Shown piece by piece: positions 11,379 to 21,746 of a stretch of 64,000 nt of DNA. How positions within the stretch are numbered: position 1 is the stretch's first letter; every line of letters begins with the position of its first letter. Position numbers and translations under genes: made by a program. Source of the stretch: Planctomycetota bacterium (GTDB lineage Bacteria > Planctomycetota > UBA8108 > SXIK01); NCBI GenBank assembly GCA_965223265.1, contig OZ244999.1:5088001-5152000 (forward strand), read 5' to 3'. The notes below the pieces were generated by a model. It was not told where the DNA came from. It saw only the letters and a list, made by a program, of their open reading frames with translations, and did no database searches.

Positions 11379-12377
11379 TTGAGAGGTATCAGCGTGTTCG
11401 CCGGCCAGATCCCCACACGAGAAAAGATCGAACTCATCGACATCGACGAACCAGCGTTCAGCGGCACAAGCGAAGAAGGTGAGCCGACGATCCTTTTTCA
11501 ACCCGAAGTGACTTGCCTCTGTGGTTCGGATTTGCCGTACTTCGTCGAAGAGCAGCCGAGCTACCCGTTGCCCGTCGGCCTCAGCCTTCACGAGATGGTC
11601 GGCACCGTACTCAAGACTTCTGGCAATCGCTTTCGAGTCGGCCAGAAAGTCCTCGCCGTACCCGTCGGTCAAGTGGGCTTTTTCGAACGCTACGAGGTCG
11701 CCGAGTCGCGAGCCATCCCGCTCGATTCCCGACAACCTTTTGAAGTGAGCGTTCTCGCTCAGCCTCTCGGCACGGCGATCTTCGCGCTGAGGAAGCTCCC
11801 TTCACTGCTCGACCAGGACGTCGTCGTGCTCGGACAGGGTCCTATGGGACAGATTTTCAACGCCTGCGCAAAACTGATGGGAGCCCGGCAGGTGATCGGT
11901 ATCGATCGCGTCGCCAGCCGCTTGGAACGAAGCGGCCCCATGGGCGCGACAACCGTGATCGACAGCAGCCAAGACGATCCGATCGCGGCAGTGAACCGAC
12001 TGACCCACGATCGCGGCGCCGACATTGTCGTTGAGGCCGTCGGCCACGCCAATATCGCGCTCAACCTCTGTATCGATCTTTGCCGCAGCTTCGGTCGCAT
12101 TCTCTCGTTCGGCGTGCCGCCTCGGTTCGAGGAAGTTTCCATTCGCTGGTGGGATCTCTTCTTCAAAAACATCACTGTGCACACGAGCGTCAACCCAGAC
12201 TTCCGTAGGGACTTCCCGCTCGCGATGCAGTGGGTCGGTGAGGGACGCATCGACTTGAGCCCCTTGATCACACACCGCCTGCCCGTCGAGAGTATCCAAG
12301 AGGCGTACGAAATCTTTCGCGACAAGCGGGACGGCGCCCTCAAAGTCATCGTCGACTTTCCCGCCAGCCGAAGCTGA
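11379..12377 (+). CDS. Zinc-binding dehydrogenase (MDR family)
   Basis: CLCGSD, HE, GQGPMG Rossmann motif, GADIVVEAVG and LITHR; lacks the structural-Zn cysteine cluster. Confidence 0.85.
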   Translation: MRGISVFAGQIPTREKIELIDIDEPAFSGTSEEGEPTILFQPEVTCLCGSDLPYFVEEQPSYPLPVGLSLHEMVGTVLKTSGNRFRVGQKVLAVPVGQVGFFERYEVAESRAIPLDSRQPFEVSVLAQPLGTAIFALRKLPSLLDQDVVVLGQGPMGQIFNACAKLMGARQVIGIDRVASRLERSGPMGATTVIDSSQDDPIAAVNRLTHDRGADIVVEAVGHANIALNLCIDLCRSFGRILSFGVPPRFEEVSIRWWDLFFKNITVHTSVNPDFRRDFPLAMQWVGEGRIDLSPLITHRLPVESIQEAYEIFRDKRDGALKVIVDFPASRS

Positions 12378-12425
12378 GACGGACTCTCGCCGCGACCGCT
12401 GGCTGTCGTTCTTTCTTGGTAGGAT

Positions 12426-14021
12426 CTACCCTTTGGTGTCCGCCTCAGATCGACGGCGCCCAAAAAGGATCGACAGTACGACGACAAGGATGAACACGGT
12501 CGCGATGTGATCCAGGCAAAGGGCCGCGAGCACGTTCCGCTCCGGGTCGTAGTGCAGGAGGTTGTAGATCCGCACGATGAGCGGCTCGACTCCCGGCGGC
12601 GCTAGGAGAATCGTCGCTGAAAGCTCCTGCATCGACAGCAGCGCAACCGAGAGCGCACCGGTCAAGAAGCCGGGCGCCATCACCGGAATGTAGACACGCG
12701 CCCAACGGTGGAAGCGGTCGCAGTGAACGCGAGCTGCGAGCCACTGGGCTTCCGGCACGCGCCGTTGAAACGCCGCCATGGCGAAAAACGCCAGGGGGAA
12801 GAATCTCCAAATGCCCGCGACGACGAGCACCCCCCAACTATCGAAAAACGCCAAGGCGAATCGTGGCACGTCGCCGCGAAGATTCAATATCGCGACGCCG
12901 AGAAGCGTCCCGGGCACGGCGAACGGCAGCCACAGAAGAAAATGAAACCGAGAGCGTGCGTGGCGGTCGATCGGTAGACACAAGACCGCGAGCACGACAG
13001 CGCCAACCGCGGTGAAGAACCCGACAAACAAGCTCGAGAGTATCCGTTCCCAGTCGGTAGCGAGCGCATCCCACCAAACCGAAAACTCACCGGCGATGGA
13101 GAGCAAGAGAGACACCGGCATGGCGAAGGAGAGCACGAACCAAATCAGGATCAGGGCCGTCCCGGCGAAACTCGCAGGTCGTTCGTCTTCCACGCGCTCG
13201 GGTTCGACGCCGCTGATAGCGAAACCGCGCCGATTCGCCCATAGCTGAGTTGCCAACAGAAAGAACGCCGCGACCGCCAGAAGCGGGAGAGCAAAAAGCA
13301 CTGCAGCGGCTGGCGTGTCGTCGGACTCTAGCCGAACGTTCACAAGCACGGCGTAGGTTTGCAGGTCGAGTAGTCGCGGCACTTCATAGTTGAGAAGGCA
13401 GAGTGTGAACGCGACGCCGCTACCGGCAAGAATCGCCGGCAAAGCAAGCGGCAGCACGATTCTCACAAACACAGAGGCGCGACCGCGATGAACTCGCGCG
13501 GCCGTAACCAACTCCCGCGGTACGCGCGCCAGAGCAAAGGTAGCGAAAAAGAGAACGATCGGCGCGTAGCTGAGACCGAGTATCCATACCGCGAAAGGTG
13601 CGTTTCTGATGGAAAGCGGGGAGTCGCGCTCCGAGATCGAGTCGCCAAATCCTGAGGCAAGCCACAGAAAAACCCGATGCAGAAAACCGTCGGCGGCGGT
13701 CAGGTTCTCCCACACGGCGACCTGAAACACGGGCGGCAGTAGAAGTGGCGTCATCGATATGGCGAAGAAGGCGTGGCGCCAACGCGACCGCCGTCCGGCC
13801 GCTGCAAGAGCTACGCAGGTGCCGAGGGTGGCAGCGACGGTCGCCGCAGCCACCGCGAGGCCAACGCTGCGACCAAACAGAGCCAGCAGACGCGGCAGGT
13901 CGAGCCCGCCTCGCAGCGCGGTCACGTCAGCTGCCGAGATGGAAGTACCGACGAGATGGACCAGTGGGAAGAAGAGGAGCAGCACCAATCCAACGCGTAC
14001 CAGGCGCCCGAGTATCAACAT
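12426..14021 (-). CDS. ABC transporter permease (Fe3+/FbpB-like, duplicated domain)
   Basis: About 12 TM segments with two EAA-like loops (ELVTAARVHRG, QWLAARVH); adjacent to a binding protein. Confidence 0.8.
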   Translation of the reverse strand: MLILGRLVRVGLVLLLFFPLVHLVGTSISAADVTALRGGLDLPRLLALFGRSVGLAVAAATVAATLGTCVALAAAGRRSRWRHAFFAISMTPLLLPPVFQVAVWENLTAADGFLHRVFLWLASGFGDSISERDSPLSIRNAPFAVWILGLSYAPIVLFFATFALARVPRELVTAARVHRGRASVFVRIVLPLALPAILAGSGVAFTLCLLNYEVPRLLDLQTYAVLVNVRLESDDTPAAAVLFALPLLAVAAFFLLATQLWANRRGFAISGVEPERVEDERPASFAGTALILIWFVLSFAMPVSLLLSIAGEFSVWWDALATDWERILSSLFVGFFTAVGAVVLAVLCLPIDRHARSRFHFLLWLPFAVPGTLLGVAILNLRGDVPRFALAFFDSWGVLVVAGIWRFFPLAFFAMAAFQRRVPEAQWLAARVHCDRFHRWARVYIPVMAPGFLTGALSVALLSMQELSATILLAPPGVEPLIVRIYNLLHYDPERNVLAALCLDHIATVFILVVVLSILFGRRRSEADTKG

Positions 14022-14024
14022 AGT

Positions 14025-15128
14025 TCACCGCACGAAGAGCTTCTCTAAGACCTCTCGCGCGGCAGCAACCCCACGGGCGACCTCGACGTAGTCAACCTCC
14101 ATCCACCGGAGGTCAGTCGGCATATCGGGGATCTTCGGGGGTTCTATGCCTGGGCGGAGCGGGATCTGGGCAGACTCCGAACGCGCTAGCGCTGCTTCAG
14201 TCTTGGCGCTCAACAGGTAGTCAACGAACATCTTTCCAGCGCTCGGGCTTGGCCCACGCTGAACGAGGCCCACAGTGTTTGGAATCACGAAGGTGCCTAG
14301 AGGTGTATTGACTCCTGGAAACCCAGGCTCTTGATCCGGAAAGACGATCCCGAGAGCTTGCCCCTTGCTGAGCGCGACGAACGCATCGTCCGTGTCCGTA
14401 AGCCCAACATCCAACTCGCCGCTGACGACGCGATCGCGGACGACAGAGTTGCCAGCAAGAACGCGGACGTCGTTCGCGAGCAATCCCCGAAAATACTCTT
14501 CTGCCTGAACGGCTCCGAGGTGCGCCCACAAAGCACCCGCGTGCGTCGCAGTCGTCCCGAAGAGGGGCAGTGCGATGCCGGCGCGGCCACGCCAGCGCTC
14601 GTGCATTAGATCGCCGATTGATCGCGGCGCCTCCTGCCGCGGCACTCGGGCAGGGTTGTAAACGATCACGCGTGCGCGCGCGGCAAATCCAGTCCATGCG
14701 CCTTGCGAGCCCTTGAAAGCATCGGGGATCCCCGCGGCCGTTGGCGCCCGGTATTCACTGAAAACGCCTAGCTCTGCGAGCTGCACAGTTCGCGCCACTT
14801 CAGAATTCCAAAAGACATCGGCGCGGGGACGACCAGTCGAATGCTCGATGCGCAGGCGGTGAAAAAGTCCCGTCGTCTTGTTCGCTTCAACATCAAACAT
14901 CGCGTCCACTTTGATGCCAGTCTCCGCCTCGAACCGCTCCAAAACCGGGCGCGCAAACATCTCGTCGACCGAGGTATAGACGACGACTACAGTGCCGTCG
15001 CGATCGCCGCTACAGCCGCTGCACGGCAGCATCGCAGCAAGGGCACAAACCGTCGACATCGTGATCCACAGCAGCAGCTCTAGTGTCGCTTGCCCCCGTG
15101 CCAGGTTTTCACGTCCTTTTGACATCAC
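14025..15128 (-). CDS. ABC transporter substrate-binding lipoprotein (Fe3+-type)
   Basis: VVVYTSVD, FEAETGIKV, ADVFW, ARARVIVYN and GLTDTDD; Cys-containing signal region. Confidence 0.85.
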   Translation of the reverse strand: MMSKGRENLARGQATLELLLWITMSTVCALAAMLPCSGCSGDRDGTVVVVYTSVDEMFARPVLERFEAETGIKVDAMFDVEANKTTGLFHRLRIEHSTGRPRADVFWNSEVARTVQLAELGVFSEYRAPTAAGIPDAFKGSQGAWTGFAARARVIVYNPARVPRQEAPRSIGDLMHERWRGRAGIALPLFGTTATHAGALWAHLGAVQAEEYFRGLLANDVRVLAGNSVVRDRVVSGELDVGLTDTDDAFVALSKGQALGIVFPDQEPGFPGVNTPLGTFVIPNTVGLVQRGPSPSAGKMFVDYLLSAKTEAALARSESAQIPLRPGIEPPKIPDMPTDLRWMEVDYVEVARGVAAAREVLEKLFVR

Positions 15129-15137
15129 GATTCGTTC

Positions 15138-16196
15138 TCACTCCTGAACACAACTCGGCGCCCCGAGTCGCCGTTCAAGCGCCACCGCGCGCGCAACGAC
15201 TTCAGCACTTGAAATCAAGCGCATGCAGCGATGATCGAGAGGACAGACCTTTAAATGACAGGGGCCGCACTCGACGTCGCGGCGCACCACCTCCGATCGC
15301 TCAAGATTCCACCCGGAGTAGCGTGGGTCCGTCGGCCCCATCACCACCACGACCGGCGTACCGAGCGCAACCGCATAGTGGCGAGGCCCCGTGTCAGTCG
15401 AAATCAATAGACGCAGGTCACGGATAAAAGGCTTCAGAACATCCAGCGGCAAGAGAGCGCGTGCCGTATTGACGACTGGAGTCGACATCGCAGCCTCGAT
15501 CGCGTCACCAATAGCCTCCTCGCCGGGCCCGACGAAAATGATCGTTCGCAACCCCATGCGTTCGTGCAGCGCATCGGCAGCCGCGGCAAAAGCCTCGGGT
15601 GGCCAGAGTTTGCTTGCCCCAAACGACGCCCCTGGGTTGAGGCCGAGCAGCTCCTCGCCATCGCCGACCCCAAGCTTGCTGCGGTAGTCACGCGCCGCCT
15701 CCTCACACTCAGGCGTTACCGCCAAATGAGTGCGCGAATCCCCCAGCTCCACCCCGATGCGCGCGCAGATCCGTGCGTAGAAGAGCGGCATGGGCATCGG
15801 TCGGCGTCGTCCAGCCTGCCTTTCGTACTCAACCACGTCGGTGAGGAGAAAAGCGCGGCCATCGCGACGGTACCCGATTCGCCGCGGAATGTTTGCGATC
15901 CACGCGACAAGCGCAGCCCGCAGCGAGTTCGGGAGGAGCAACGCAACGTCGAAACGTCTCTTGCGAAGCTCTCGTCCCTGCTTCCACAGGGATAAAAAAG
16001 ATTCCGCTGATCGATCGTCGATGACTTCGTCGACATACCCGAGTCCGTCGACGATCCCCCGACGCCCGGGCTTTAGGAGGAGGGCAATGTGAGCCACCGG
16101 GAACGTCTCCCGCACTGCAGCGAGGTTCGCAGTGGCCATGACGATGTCGCCGACCCACGTCGGACCAAAGATGAGGATACGCTGAACGTTCTCCAT
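15138..16196 (-). CDS. waaF: LPS heptosyltransferase II (GT9)
   Basis: PTWVGDIVM, LPNSLRAAL, NPGASFGASKLWP, DTGPRHYA and C-terminal CxPCxxxxCPLDHRCM. Confidence 0.9.
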   Translation of the reverse strand: MENVQRILIFGPTWVGDIVMATANLAAVRETFPVAHIALLLKPGRRGIVDGLGYVDEVIDDRSAESFLSLWKQGRELRKRRFDVALLLPNSLRAALVAWIANIPRRIGYRRDGRAFLLTDVVEYERQAGRRRPMPMPLFYARICARIGVELGDSRTHLAVTPECEEAARDYRSKLGVGDGEELLGLNPGASFGASKLWPPEAFAAAADALHERMGLRTIIFVGPGEEAIGDAIEAAMSTPVVNTARALLPLDVLKPFIRDLRLLISTDTGPRHYAVALGTPVVVVMGPTDPRYSGWNLERSEVVRRDVECGPCHLKVCPLDHRCMRLISSAEVVARAVALERRLGAPSCVQE

Positions 16197-16283
16197 AGAG
16201 TCAGCTTAACCCGCACGCCACGGAAGTTTCTACTGCGTCGCGTTGAGCGCTCAGCCGCGGCCGGAGCTCCGATCAACAGGCTG

Positions 16284-16469
16284 TTAACAGCCCGTTGAAA
16301 AAGTGCTTCGAGCCGAAAACTGGTCTCTTCGCGTCCAGATCGGCCGCGGCAAACGCAGGCAATCTTCGGGCCCTCTTCTTTCGATTCTGATGGCGAGTAT
16401 TGACGCGGTCGAGCTGGGCGTGAAGAGGCCAGTTTCCTCGGCCGAATGACTTTTTCAACAGGCTGTTAA
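16284..16469. mobile_element. Palindromic MITE-like repeat, copy 1
   Basis: Terminal IRs TTAACAGCCCGTTGAAAAAGT / ACTTTTTCAACAGGCTGTTAA; ~32-bp internal inverted arms; two more copies in the window. Confidence 0.8.
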
Positions 16470-16470
16470 G

Positions 16471-17538
16471 TTAAGACGCGAATCGCGCGAAGCGCTGCTT
16501 ATTCGAGGCGTAGAGATATGCGGTCTCACCTGAGATGAGGTCGGCTTCCACTCGCATCATGATCGACTCATCCATTGTCTGCATGCCTTCGCCTCGCCCG
16601 GCTTCAATGAGCGAGTCGATCTTTGCGACGCTGCCTTCCCGGATGATGCTGCGCAAGGCGAAAGAGCCTGTGAGGACTTCGTTGACGGGGACTCTCCCTT
16701 TGTTCTTCTGCGGCAGCAAGAGCTGGGCACAAACGCCTCGTAAAGTCTCAGCCAACATCGTCCGAATCTGACTTTGCTGCGATTCGGGAAACACGTCGAT
16801 AATACGATCGACAGTCTTCGCCGCAGAGTTCGTATGCAACGTCGCGAAGACGAGAATCCCCATTTCCGCAGCAGTGATCGCGAGGCCGATCGTCTCGGGA
16901 TCACGCATCTCCCCGACGAGAAGCACGTCAGGGTCCTGGCGCGTGGCGCCGCGCAAGGCCGTCGCGAAGCTCTCCGCATCAACAGTTACCTCACGTTGAG
17001 TGAAGAAGCTTCGACGATTCTTGTGGACGAACTCGATGGGCTCCTCAATCGTGATGATGTGCTTGCGTTGATGACGATTGATATGGTCGAGCAACGCGGC
17101 GAGCGTCGTCGACTTGCCGCTTCCAGTCGGCCCGGTGACGAGGACGAGTCCACTGCGCAGCTCGGCGAAACGAAGCACTTGCTTCGGCACGCCAAGTTCC
17201 TCAATGCTGGCAATCTGGGTCGGAATGACGCGGAAAACGACCGTCGGACCGTTCCTCGTCAGCGCGACGTTGACGCGGAAGCGCGCCACGCCCTCCAGTT
17301 CGTAGGCGAGGTCGAGATCGTTGCGCTCGCGAAAAATCCGCTTCTGACGATCATTCAAAAAATCGAAAATGATGTCCTCGAGTTGCTCGGCGGAGAACTT
17401 CTGCGGGCTAAGAGGGGAGAGACGTCCGTGAAGTCGGATTTTCGGCGGCACCGCCGATGCCAAGTGGAGATCCGAGCCCTTGAGCTCGGCAACTTTTTTA
17501 AGATAGGGGTCGATCTTTGCCATAGAGGCTCGAAGCAC
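16471..17538 (-). CDS. pilT: Type IV pilus retraction ATPase PilT
   Basis: SDLHL, GPTGSGKSTT, TIEEPIE, LVGEMRD, ATLHTNSA and GMQTMD. Confidence 0.9.
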   Translation of the reverse strand: MLRASMAKIDPYLKKVAELKGSDLHLASAVPPKIRLHGRLSPLSPQKFSAEQLEDIIFDFLNDRQKRIFRERNDLDLAYELEGVARFRVNVALTRNGPTVVFRVIPTQIASIEELGVPKQVLRFAELRSGLVLVTGPTGSGKSTTLAALLDHINRHQRKHIITIEEPIEFVHKNRRSFFTQREVTVDAESFATALRGATRQDPDVLLVGEMRDPETIGLAITAAEMGILVFATLHTNSAAKTVDRIIDVFPESQQSQIRTMLAETLRGVCAQLLLPQKNKGRVPVNEVLTGSFALRSIIREGSVAKIDSLIEAGRGEGMQTMDESIMMRVEADLISGETAYLYASNKQRFARFAS

Positions 17539-17553
17539 CTTTTCGTCAGACGT

Positions 17554-18921
17554 TTAAGGTATACGGCTCGGGTTTTCCGCGTGGTAAAGCGCCGTTTGCC
17601 GCGTAATCACGTCGCGGCGCAGCAAGTCGATGATCGAATCGTCCATCGTAACCATGCCCTGCTTCTGCCCGGTCTGCACAACCGATGGAAGTTGGAAGGT
17701 CTTGTGCTCGCGTATCAAGTTGCGCACCGCAGACGTCGCGAACAGGATCTCTACCGCGGGTTCGCGGCCGTAACCGTCCGATCGTGGCAAGAGCTGTTGG
17801 GAGACGACTCCGCGCAGAGATTCCGATACCATGGCGCGAATCTGCTCCTGCTCCTTAGGCGGAAAGACGTCGATGATGCGATCGACCGATCGCGTTGCGT
17901 TCTGCGTGTGCAGCGTGCCGAAGACGAGATGTCCGGTTTCGGCCGCTGTGATGGCAATCGAAATCGTTTCGAGGTCTCGCATTTCGCCGACGCAGATGTA
18001 ATCCGGGTCGGCGCGCATCGCTGAGCGGAGCGCAGTCTGATAGTCTTTCGTGTGCAGCTTGACCTGACGTTGATCGACGTTGCAGTTTTCGCTCTCGATC
18101 ACGTACTCGATCGGGTCTTCTACCGTGACGATGTGATCGTGACGCGTCCGGTTAACGATGTTGACGAGCGCGGCCATCGTCGCTGTCTTGCCGCTTCCCG
18201 CCGGCCCGGTGATCAGAATGATCCCGTGACGGTACTCCGTGAACCTCTTCAGAGTCGCGGGCAGATGAAGATCCTCGATCGTCGGCACCGTCTCCGGAAT
18301 GACTCGAAAGACGGCGTCGAACCCGAGTCGCTGGCGCAAGACGCCCGCTCGATAGCGGCCATGGTCGGCCTCATAGCAGAAGTCGAGGTCCCAATGTTTT
18401 TCCAGGATGTCCCACTGCTCCGTCGTCAAGATCTCCTTGATACGGGGTGCGGTGACCGCAGCGGTCAGAACCGGGTGTTTCAAGTAGACGATGGTGCCGT
18501 GGAGACGGAAGAACGGCGGCGCGCCGACCTGAAAGTGTAGGTCGGACGCCCCAATGCGGCGTGCCTCTCGCAGATACGCATCGATCGGTTGGCCCGCAAG
18601 GGCGGAGTAGTCTCGCTCGGCGATCTCACGCAGCCCGAAGCTCGACTGGCTGGAGTCCCTGGCTGCAGCGGACGGTCGCGCTGCGCGGGCGGCAGTCAGC
18701 CGCGGCGCCGACTTAGCCTCGACTGTGCCCTGCTGCAGTCGAGCTTCTAACGCCCGAAACTGTTGCTCGTTGATCAGCCCCTTCTTGAGTAACACCTGTC
18801 CGAGAGAAAGGCCATTACCTCCTTCTTGAAGAAACGCAAAGCACTCGCGAATCTTTTCTTCCGACACCAACTTGCTCTTGATGGCGAGCTTGCCCAACTG
18901 AACATCTTTTGGCGTAGGCAT
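17554..18921 (-). CDS. PilT/PilU family ATPase with N-terminal MshEN-like domain
   Basis: GPAGSGKT, TVEDPIE, VGEMRD, GTLHT and AVRNLIRE; N-terminal QLGKLAI...SLGQVLLKKGLI. Confidence 0.88.
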   Translation of the reverse strand: MPTPKDVQLGKLAIKSKLVSEEKIRECFAFLQEGGNGLSLGQVLLKKGLINEQQFRALEARLQQGTVEAKSAPRLTAARAARPSAAARDSSQSSFGLREIAERDYSALAGQPIDAYLREARRIGASDLHFQVGAPPFFRLHGTIVYLKHPVLTAAVTAPRIKEILTTEQWDILEKHWDLDFCYEADHGRYRAGVLRQRLGFDAVFRVIPETVPTIEDLHLPATLKRFTEYRHGIILITGPAGSGKTATMAALVNIVNRTRHDHIVTVEDPIEYVIESENCNVDQRQVKLHTKDYQTALRSAMRADPDYICVGEMRDLETISIAITAAETGHLVFGTLHTQNATRSVDRIIDVFPPKEQEQIRAMVSESLRGVVSQQLLPRSDGYGREPAVEILFATSAVRNLIREHKTFQLPSVVQTGQKQGMVTMDDSIIDLLRRDVITRQTALYHAENPSRIP

Positions 18922-19168
18922 CCTTGCTTTCCGTTCTCACGTCAGCCGTTTGCTCGATGAGGTCGCGATGTCTCCCGCGACTTCGTCGCGAGACGGTGGA
19001 GGCAACGTGACCGGCCGCTGCACGCTCGCGGAGTCTCCGACCTCATGCAGCACGCCAAGGTCTTAACGGATCGCACGAGAGACGCGGGCCAGAGCTATTT
19101 TAGCGGCTGACAACGCCATCCTCGAGCACGAGGAGCGGAATCAGCGGCTCGCCTCTGCTCAGCGCCCA

Positions 19169-20665
19169 CTACGAATTCCTCGGACCGGATCCCTGCGCCC
19201 CTGCCTTGAGAAGGGCGCTCGTCGAGAACCCCGGCAGATGCGGCACGATGACGACGCGCCCCCCGTAACTTTCAACGAACCGCCTGCCGATCACTTCGCG
19301 ATGAGTGTAATCGCCGCCCTTGACGAGGACATCGGGACGGAGCGCCTCGAGCATTGAGAGCGGTGTGTCTTCGTCGAAGACGACAACAAAGTCGACGAAT
19401 TCGAGCCAAGAAAGCATATGGAGTCGCTGGCGCTGCCGAAAGCGAGGTCGACTGGGTCCCTTGAGGCGCCGCACCGAAGCATCACTGTTGAGCGCCACGA
19501 TCAGGACGTCACCTTCCTGAGCTGCGCCCTGCAGCAGATGCAGGTGCCCGCCATGGAAGTAGTCGAAGCAGCCATTGGCGAAGACGATTCTCTGACCAGC
19601 ATCTCTCGCACCTTCGACGATGGGCTTCAGCTCCCGCAGCGTCTTCAACTTTCCAGTTCCGGGCCGCCCTTCGAACAGTATCTCGTGAACGATCTCTTGG
19701 CGCGATAGCGGCGTCACACCGAGGCGACGGATCTCCAAACCGGCCGCATAGTTGGCGAGCTGCACAGCCTGCGTGTTCGTCCCACCTTCAGCGGCGACCA
19801 GCCCAAGGACGCTGAGGACCATGTCACCGGCGCCGGCCACGTCTGTCAGATTGCGGGCGCGCGTCGGTATGTGTTTCTGCACGCCTTGGCGCTCGTAGAG
19901 GAAGATGCCGTCGGCATCCATCGTCAGCGCGATCGCTTCGATCTCGAGATCGTTTGCCAGCTTCGCGGCGGCGGCCGCGCAGCCGCTCACGTTCGTGCAC
20001 GAAACCTCGGTCGCCGTCTGTGCCTCGTAGCGATTCGGACAGATCAGCTGACAACCACGATAAAGCTCATAGCTCGGTCGTCGCGCCGGGTCGACGAGGA
20101 ACGGTAAGTGCTCTGGCGCGGCTTCGCGCAGGCGACGCACGAGCGTCGCATCCAGGAGCCCTTTGTCATAGTCCGAGATCAAGACCGCATCGAGAGACTC
20201 GGCGAGTTGAGAAAACACCAGCACCATCTCGTCCACAGCGCTGCGATCGAAGGGTGTCAGCACTTCGTCATCGACGCGAAGCAGTTGCTGCATGGCGCGG
20301 TTGGCGTGCTGCACGTAGCCAACATGCCTTGTCTTGACTGTCGTCTGGCGCCCAGGTTGTACGCACAATCCACGCAGATCAACGCCGTCGCTCTCGAACA
20401 GACGGCGAAGTTTCTCGCCGCCCTGATCGTCGCCGGTGATGCTGAAGAAGCTCACCTCTGCATCGAGGCGGGCCAAGTTGGCCACGACGCTTCCCGCTCC
20501 TCCAGCCCGTGTCTCACGTCGCTGAACGTTGAGAACAGGAATCGGCCCTTCGGGCGACACTCGCTTCACTTCTCCCCACACGTACTCGTCGAGAATCGCA
20601 TCACCGACGACGGCGATTCTCGGGCGACCAATGGATTCGAGATAACGAGCGAGTTGATCAGACAT
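19169..20665 (-). CDS. hldE: Bifunctional heptose-7-phosphate kinase / heptose-1-phosphate adenylyltransferase
   Basis: RVSPEGPIPV, SDYDKG and DVAGAGD (PfkB domain) plus NGCFDYFHGGH and LNSDASVRRLKG. Confidence 0.93.
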   Translation of the reverse strand: MSDQLARYLESIGRPRIAVVGDAILDEYVWGEVKRVSPEGPIPVLNVQRRETRAGGAGSVVANLARLDAEVSFFSITGDDQGGEKLRRLFESDGVDLRGLCVQPGRQTTVKTRHVGYVQHANRAMQQLLRVDDEVLTPFDRSAVDEMVLVFSQLAESLDAVLISDYDKGLLDATLVRRLREAAPEHLPFLVDPARRPSYELYRGCQLICPNRYEAQTATEVSCTNVSGCAAAAAKLANDLEIEAIALTMDADGIFLYERQGVQKHIPTRARNLTDVAGAGDMVLSVLGLVAAEGGTNTQAVQLANYAAGLEIRRLGVTPLSRQEIVHEILFEGRPGTGKLKTLRELKPIVEGARDAGQRIVFANGCFDYFHGGHLHLLQGAAQEGDVLIVALNSDASVRRLKGPSRPRFRQRQRLHMLSWLEFVDFVVVFDEDTPLSMLEALRPDVLVKGGDYTHREVIGRRFVESYGGRVVIVPHLPGFSTSALLKAGAQGSGPRNS

Positions 20666-20713
20666 TCGAAGTGGCGACGAAAAACGGGCGCAAACGAAAG
20701 AAACGTGAACGAT

Positions 20714-21742
20714 TCAACGAGCCGCGGGCACAGCAGCGAGAAGACGGTCAAGGGCGCGCTCGTACGCCTCGCCACCCTCGACGACGTCCTGCGCGATGCG
20801 AAGGAACTTCCAGTCGCTGAAAGGGGCGTGCGCCGGCAGTTTCACAGCGTCCTTTTGTGTCATGACAACGTCGTCTACACGCATTCGGCCGGCAATCGAC
20901 TCGATTCTCTGAAGATCCTCAAGAGTATATCGATGGTGGTCACGGAAACAAAGAAAGCGAGCTACCCTGAGGCCGAGTTGCTCAAGCCCGAGACGAAACG
21001 CCCTGGGGTGACCTAGGCCACAAAACGCCAATACAGTCCGCCCGACAAGGGCTTCTGTCGGCCAACTGGCTCCCTGGCCGTCCGTCCAGCCGACGGGGAG
21101 GGTGCGGAGCACGACGCGGTCAATGCCGGGAAATCTTCGCTGCAGATAGGTCTTTAGAGTTGAGAGCTGCGCCTCGGAAACGAGCTCAGAGCGTGTGATT
21201 CCGAACAGATCGGCGTGTTGGAGACACGAAAGCGGCTCACGAAGAAGCCCAGCGGGAAGGACGCAACCGTTGGAGAAAGGCCGCAGCGCGTCGACGAGAA
21301 CGAAGTCGAGGTCACGCCCCAGCCGCACGTGCTGAAAGCCGTCGTCGAGGATGATGACGTCAGAGCCGGCGGCAACCGCCCGATGTCCGGTCTCGACACG
21401 ATTCTTTCCCTGCAGATGAGGGACGTCGGGAACGTTGGCGGAAAGCACCGCAAACTCATCGTTCACGACCGCCGTGTCCTCGTGGCCAATCGCCTGGCGC
21501 GGGCGTGATGCGCGGTAGCCACGGCTCAGAATCGCCGGGCGGCGGCCACGCTCGGCGAGATCGCGCGCGAGCATCTCGACCGTCGGGGTTTTGCCTGTGC
21601 CCCCACAAGTGATGTTGCCGACACTCACCACCGGTACGGAGAGACGCTTGGCGCGCTGGCTCAGCCGAACTCGTCGACGTAGTGCGACCTGTCCATAAGC
21701 CCACGCTACCGGTCGGAGAAGCAGAGTCGTCGTCGAGTTCAA
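20714..21742 (-). CDS. lpxK: Tetraacyldisaccharide 4'-kinase (probable TTG start at 21742)
   Basis: [39 protein letters not shown] and TQKDAVK. Confidence 0.92.
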   Translation of the reverse strand: MNSTTTLLLRPVAWAYGQVALRRRVRLSQRAKRLSVPVVSVGNITCGGTGKTPTVEMLARDLAERGRRPAILSRGYRASRPRQAIGHEDTAVVNDEFAVLSANVPDVPHLQGKNRVETGHRAVAAGSDVIILDDGFQHVRLGRDLDFVLVDALRPFSNGCVLPAGLLREPLSCLQHADLFGITRSELVSEAQLSTLKTYLQRRFPGIDRVVLRTLPVGWTDGQGASWPTEALVGRTVLAFCGLGHPRAFRLGLEQLGLRVARFLCFRDHHRYTLEDLQRIESIAGRMRVDDVVMTQKDAVKLPAHAPFSDWKFLRIAQDVVEGGEAYERALDRLLAAVPAAR

Positions 21743-21746
21743 TCGG

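Noticed and set aside
16273-16458. Similar short ORFs at 16273, 37614/37631 and 44324/44397 as a small-protein family
   Set aside because: They are translations of the palindromic repeat; frames and starts are not conserved between copies
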